Origin: an uncultured virus (IMG/VR IMGVR_UViG_3300042975_000037)
Taxonomy: Duplodnaviria; Heunggongvirae; Uroviricota; Caudoviricetes
Direction: 5' to 3' (one strand)
Length of the DNA stretch: 20,000 bases
Virus record (IMG/VR): IMGVR_UViG_3300042975_000037
Position numbers and translations under genes: made by a program. This document shows positions 16,551-20,000 of the stretch, piece by piece. The stretch's first letter is position 1; each line of letters starts with the position of its first letter. Below the pieces are notes generated by a model. The model was not told where the DNA came from and ran no database searches. It worked only from the letters and a program-made list of their open reading frames with translations.

Positions 16551-16710
16551 TAAATTGATTATCAGTAACTTGACATTATTGATATTTTAAACCTATTAGT
16601 GTATACTGTCTGAACTGCGATAGGCAGACTTATAAAGCAAAGGACAAAAACAAATATCTTCATGTTTGTTTCAGTTATCAAATTACATGATGGATTCAAC
16701 TAAATGTCTC

Positions 16711-16742
16711 CAAAGATAGCTGTTTATGTAATAGATTCCAAC
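16711..16742 (-). promoter_or_regulatory. Probable original promoter of the J-domain gene, now separated from it by IS A
   Basis: Minus strand GTTG (16742-16739) - 20 nt - TATCTTTG (16718-16711). Confidence 0.6.
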
Positions 16743-16747
16743 TTTTT

Positions 16748-17922
16748 TTCTGTGTAGTGATTGCGGTACTAATTTTTGTTAATTCAATATATATATCTTT
16801 GTAAATAGCTAAAATACAACTACTTTTATGGAAAAATACAGACCGATGTTGCTCAAAGACTTTTTCAGTAGATTTCCTGACGAGGATAGTTGTGTTGACT
16901 ATTTCAAGGATATTCGATTGTCCATAGGGATGAAGTGCCCCAAATGCGGTGGAACTATTTTCAAATGGTATGTTGGCAGCCGCAAGTTTCAATGCTCCTC
17001 TTGTGGATATAGATTTCCATTGACCAAGGGAACGGTGATGGAACAAAGCCATCTGTCATTATCTGATTGGTTCTTCACTGCCAACATGATGACCTCCATA
17101 AAGCAAGTCTTGTCTGCAAAAGAGATACAACATCAACTGGAGAAGAAATATTATCCACCTGTCTGGCTTATGATGATGAAGTATAGGGACATCATGGGCA
17201 AAAGAGATGCCACATACAAATTATCTGATGAAGTGGAGCTCGATATTTCTTTCTTCCCCACGTCGTCAATAGCTAATGTCGATGGGGAGGATGTAATAAA
17301 GACACAAAAGACTCCTGTTCTCGTTATAGCAGAAAGCAAGCCTGTTGACGGCATATTGGCTGAATATTTCTCAAAACTCACTTTCCCTGAGTATGTTAAC
17401 AAGGCATCAAGACTATTACAGAAAGAGGACAAAATGAATATAAAGAAGGCGGTAAAATATATAAAGATGTTCGCAATACCCAACCAACAGTATGATACTA
17501 TAAAACCATTCGTTGAGGAAGCCGTTGCAAAGGAATCAAGAACCATTACCGATGGTGGTCACAATCTCATAAAGTTGAAAGAACTTGTCAAAGAGCATAT
17601 TCCTTACCCGGAAACAGAAGAAGATGTTCACGAAGTCGTCAAGACCAAACTGCCGTGGGTACATATAATAACTGGAGAATGCCGTAGCGGAATAGAAGCG
17701 ATTCATAAAGATGTTGATAAGAGATTCCTTCAACTCTATCTTAACGAATACTGTTGGAAGTTCAATCGTCGATTCTTCAGAGACAGCAAGAAGGAGAAAT
17801 TCGATTTGTTTGACCACCTTATTAGAATATCAGCTCAATACACATCAGATATAAAATGGAGGGATTATGAGAAGATGGCCAACGCTATTAATATTTGTTA
17901 GTACCGCAATCACCACACAGAA
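16748..17922 (+). mobile_element. IS1595-family insertion sequence B (1175 bp)
   Basis: 25-bp TIRs TTCTGTGT(A/G)GTGATTGCGGTACTAA at 16748-16772 and 17898-17922, one mismatch. 8-bp direct repeat AACTTTTT at 16740-16747 and 17923-17930. Confidence 0.93.
16828..17901 (+). CDS. IS1595-family transposase (divergent)
   Basis: FPDEDSC, CPKC...CSSC, LSAKEIQHQL, VELDISFF, ITDGG, LPWVH and LQLYLNEYCWKFNRR. Stop codon lies inside the right TIR. Confidence 0.94.
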   Translation: MEKYRPMLLKDFFSRFPDEDSCVDYFKDIRLSIGMKCPKCGGTIFKWYVGSRKFQCSSCGYRFPLTKGTVMEQSHLSLSDWFFTANMMTSIKQVLSAKEIQHQLEKKYYPPVWLMMMKYRDIMGKRDATYKLSDEVELDISFFPTSSIANVDGEDVIKTQKTPVLVIAESKPVDGILAEYFSKLTFPEYVNKASRLLQKEDKMNIKKAVKYIKMFAIPNQQYDTIKPFVEEAVAKESRTITDGGHNLIKLKELVKEHIPYPETEEDVHEVVKTKLPWVHIITGECRSGIEAIHKDVDKRFLQLYLNEYCWKFNRRFFRDSKKEKFDLFDHLIRISAQYTSDIKWRDYEKMANAINIC

Positions 17923-17995
17923 AACTTTTTTAACATTTTAATACTTAATCGTGTTAATTCAAAACTGATGTGTAGGCTAACTGAGGTGAAAGTGC

Positions 17996-18068
17996 TATAT
18001 TTGCAACAGTTTTTATAGTATTAGATTAAAGAGGGCGGGAGTACGTGATGTATTCTCGCCCTTATTTT
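17996..18068 (+). ncRNA. Promoter plus ~60-nt sRNA-like unit with terminal hairpin, copy 2 (complete)
   Basis: TATATTTG at 17996-18003, core GTTTTTATAGTATTAGATTAAA, then a 13-bp stem AGGGCGGGAGTAC / GTATTCTCGCCCT with loop GTGAT, followed by TATTTT. Two G-U pairs favour the plus strand. Confidence 0.65.
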
Positions 18069-18676
18069 CGGATGTAGCATATAATAAAATTAGATATAAT
18101 ACCAAGTATTCCAATTACAATTGCAACCCCGATACCGATCCATGTCTGTAGATTATTGTGTTTGTATCTAATATCTTCACTCGTTTGAAAATTATTATTT
18201 ACGAAGTCTATCAAAGTCTGAGTCACATGATAGGTTGAGTTTGCATAATATTTAATAGATTTTCCAATACTGCTATTTTCTTGAACAGAAACTTGTTTAG
18301 TAAGTTTCAGTTCAATAGTTTTATTTCCAGATTCTTTTTCAAGAACAACTGGATCGTTATTAATTTCTTCAACTTGGTATTTAGAATGATTATATAAACG
18401 ATTTTCTTTTAAAATGTTAGCTGGGAAAATACCTATATATTTTTCTGATTCTAAATACTGTAATAAAACCAATAAATCAAAGATGTGCGGGCGTATTACT
18501 TCATCCCAGTTTATCTGTTCCGAATAAAACGTAGAAAAATTTTTATAATCCTCTGACCATTGTAACAAATAAAAATTACAAAACTGAGTGAATAACTTTC
18601 CTGTGAGCACTTCCTTCTTATTATGATCTACGATGTATCTCATAACTCCCCTTTCAAAATTACTAAATGTTCTCAT
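18062..18676 (-). CDS. Hypothetical protein with C-terminal transmembrane anchor (~204 aa)
   Basis: AT-rich ORF ending TWIGIGVAIVIGILGIISNFIICYIRK. ATG 18676 preferred over GTG 18790, but the start is uncertain. Confidence 0.7.
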   Translation of the reverse strand: MRTFSNFERGVMRYIVDHNKKEVLTGKLFTQFCNFYLLQWSEDYKNFSTFYSEQINWDEVIRPHIFDLLVLLQYLESEKYIGIFPANILKENRLYNHSKYQVEEINNDPVVLEKESGNKTIELKLTKQVSVQENSSIGKSIKYYANSTYHVTQTLIDFVNNNFQTSEDIRYKHNNLQTWIGIGVAIVIGILGIISNFIICYIRK

Positions 18677-18839
18677 GTAACTTGGAATTTTATTTTTATG
18701 TTTAAAAGCCTTAATTAAAAGACTAAGTTTAATTTTAATTTCCGTCAGTATCATGAAATGCCACTTCTTTAGAGTCGAAACTTTACTCACTTATTCTGTT
18801 TGGTCTCACGTTGAGGCCTTCTTTTCTAAATCATATTTG

Positions 18840-19493
18840 TCATACATTATTCTTATCTCTTTTTTCGATAGATTCCTTTGTACTGGAAGGGAGTTTCTTA
18901 AACATATCATTAATTTGTTTTGGCTCGCTTACCATATTTTGTGTTATAATATTCAAAAGTTTCATTAATTGAAGAGCTATATTTTCATCATCAACATCAA
19001 ATGCAATAGTACCTGGATGCACTGCTTTGTTACCTATAACACGGACTAAATCCAAAGCCTGTTGAACTTTCTGTGGCAGTCCTTTTTGTACGAGAGAGCC
19101 AATATTCTTATTAATATCTCGATCATTTTCACCCAATTCACGGCAGAACTTATCTATAGCTAAACGAAGTAATGCACATGCTGCCCTCGGTGATTTGTTA
19201 TAAATAGAACCGGCTTCATTGTATAATTGTTTGACAGATTCTGGCATATCGGAATTAGCTTCTTCGGGGAGGACCTCTGGATATATGTATTTCCCTTTAT
19301 CCCAAATAATATATTGTCCGCAGTTTAGACACTTTGCAATAATCACAGAATTATTAGTGTTATATATTCCATGTGTGCTTATCAATTTAGGATTTAAAGA
19401 TACCGAAATATATTCCATTTGTGCCAATGTTTGGCAATGAGGGCATGTAAAAGAGCCTTTATTAAAATCTGGTTTAGAGTATTTTTGTGCCAT
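18840..19493 (-). CDS. DUF4145 (HEPN-like) protein with N-terminal zinc ribbon
   Basis: CPHC...CLNC, then YNEA...SPRAACALLRLAIDK...I..LV..GL...ALDLVRVIGNKAVHPG. Confidence 0.88.
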   Translation of the reverse strand: MAQKYSKPDFNKGSFTCPHCQTLAQMEYISVSLNPKLISTHGIYNTNNSVIIAKCLNCGQYIIWDKGKYIYPEVLPEEANSDMPESVKQLYNEAGSIYNKSPRAACALLRLAIDKFCRELGENDRDINKNIGSLVQKGLPQKVQQALDLVRVIGNKAVHPGTIAFDVDDENIALQLMKLLNIITQNMVSEPKQINDMFKKLPSSTKESIEKRDKNNV

Positions 19494-19566
19494 AATAAAA
19501 GTATTTAAATTAAGTTCTTGTAATTAGTCAGGACTCGTTACCTATTTTATTATTTAGCCCATTCTT

Positions 19567-19962
19567 CTAGATTTGGTTGATTTTCCAGTAGCTTTCCACT
19601 CTCCGGTATACTGCATCAACCTGCGCCCCACAAAGGCTATCAATCTTTTTCGATAATTCCGGTATCGAAACATCGTATTTTGATGCTGTTTTATCGTAGG
19701 TTTCACTATCTTCACAGTGGGCGATAAGGGCGCCTTTGTTAACCCGGAACGTATCAGTGGTAAGTGCCCCGTTCAGAGAGTCGGCCAGGAATTTCCACTC
19801 AGCCGGCGTGAATACACCTTTTATTTCAATGTCGCTTTGCCTGCGAAGTAGGGTTAGATCATCCAATGCGCTTATGATTGCATTCGTGATTCCGTCTTTC
19901 GTATCAAGAGATTCCAATATCTTATTCGGAATCCTTAAACTGATTAATCTTGTATCTGTCAT
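19567..19962 (-). CDS. Hypothetical phage protein with possible ribbon-helix-helix N-terminus
   Basis: TRLISLRIPNKILESLD alternating beta-strand plus helix pattern. 131-aa ORF. Confidence 0.6.
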   Translation of the reverse strand: MTDTRLISLRIPNKILESLDTKDGITNAIISALDDLTLLRRQSDIEIKGVFTPAEWKFLADSLNGALTTDTFRVNKGALIAHCEDSETYDKTASKYDVSIPELSKKIDSLCGAQVDAVYRRVESYWKINQI

Positions 19963-20000
19963 AATATTTATAATTTTTCGTGTATTTCCTTGCGGATTTT

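Noticed and set aside
15487..17922. Composite transposon formed by the two ISs
   Set aside because: Different TIRs and separate target duplications; no shared outer direct repeat.
19968..20000. 3' end of a further minus-strand CDS (...KIRKEIHEKL*)
   Set aside because: Only 10 codons are visible; too little to call.

Overview
The window covers the late region and right-hand accessory region of a Bacteroidales (Prevotella/Bacteroides-like) siphovirus-type phage or prophage. The host assignment rests on repeated TAnnTTTG promoter boxes and on the protein families. Left to right: a tape measure gene split by a -1 frame break near 932-968, a Dit-like gene, and an AT-rich reverse-strand two-gene moron (lipoprotein plus YbjQ/Zn-ribbon protein). 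Next come a ~1957-aa tail/host-specificity protein with collagen repeats and four identical 324-bp modules, then a lysis cassette (holin, u-spanin-like lipoprotein, an uncalled 59-aa lipoprotein, GH19 endolysin). The accessory region has a J-domain membrane protein, two different IS1595-family elements with TIRs and 8-bp target duplications, two copies of a promoter-linked sRNA-like motif, a membrane-anchored hypothetical protein, a DUF4145/HEPN-like protein and an RHH-like protein. The most striking unexplained signal is a compact minus-strand RNA module at 13880-14240. Its ~110-nt terminated leader has a 5' end complementary to the strong SD and start codon of an uncalled 43-aa ORF. The leader's terminator loop (CCUGUAA) is the exact complement of two 7-nt hairpin loops (UUACAGG) that flank the ORF. 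All family assignments are from motif recognition by eye; no database searches were run.
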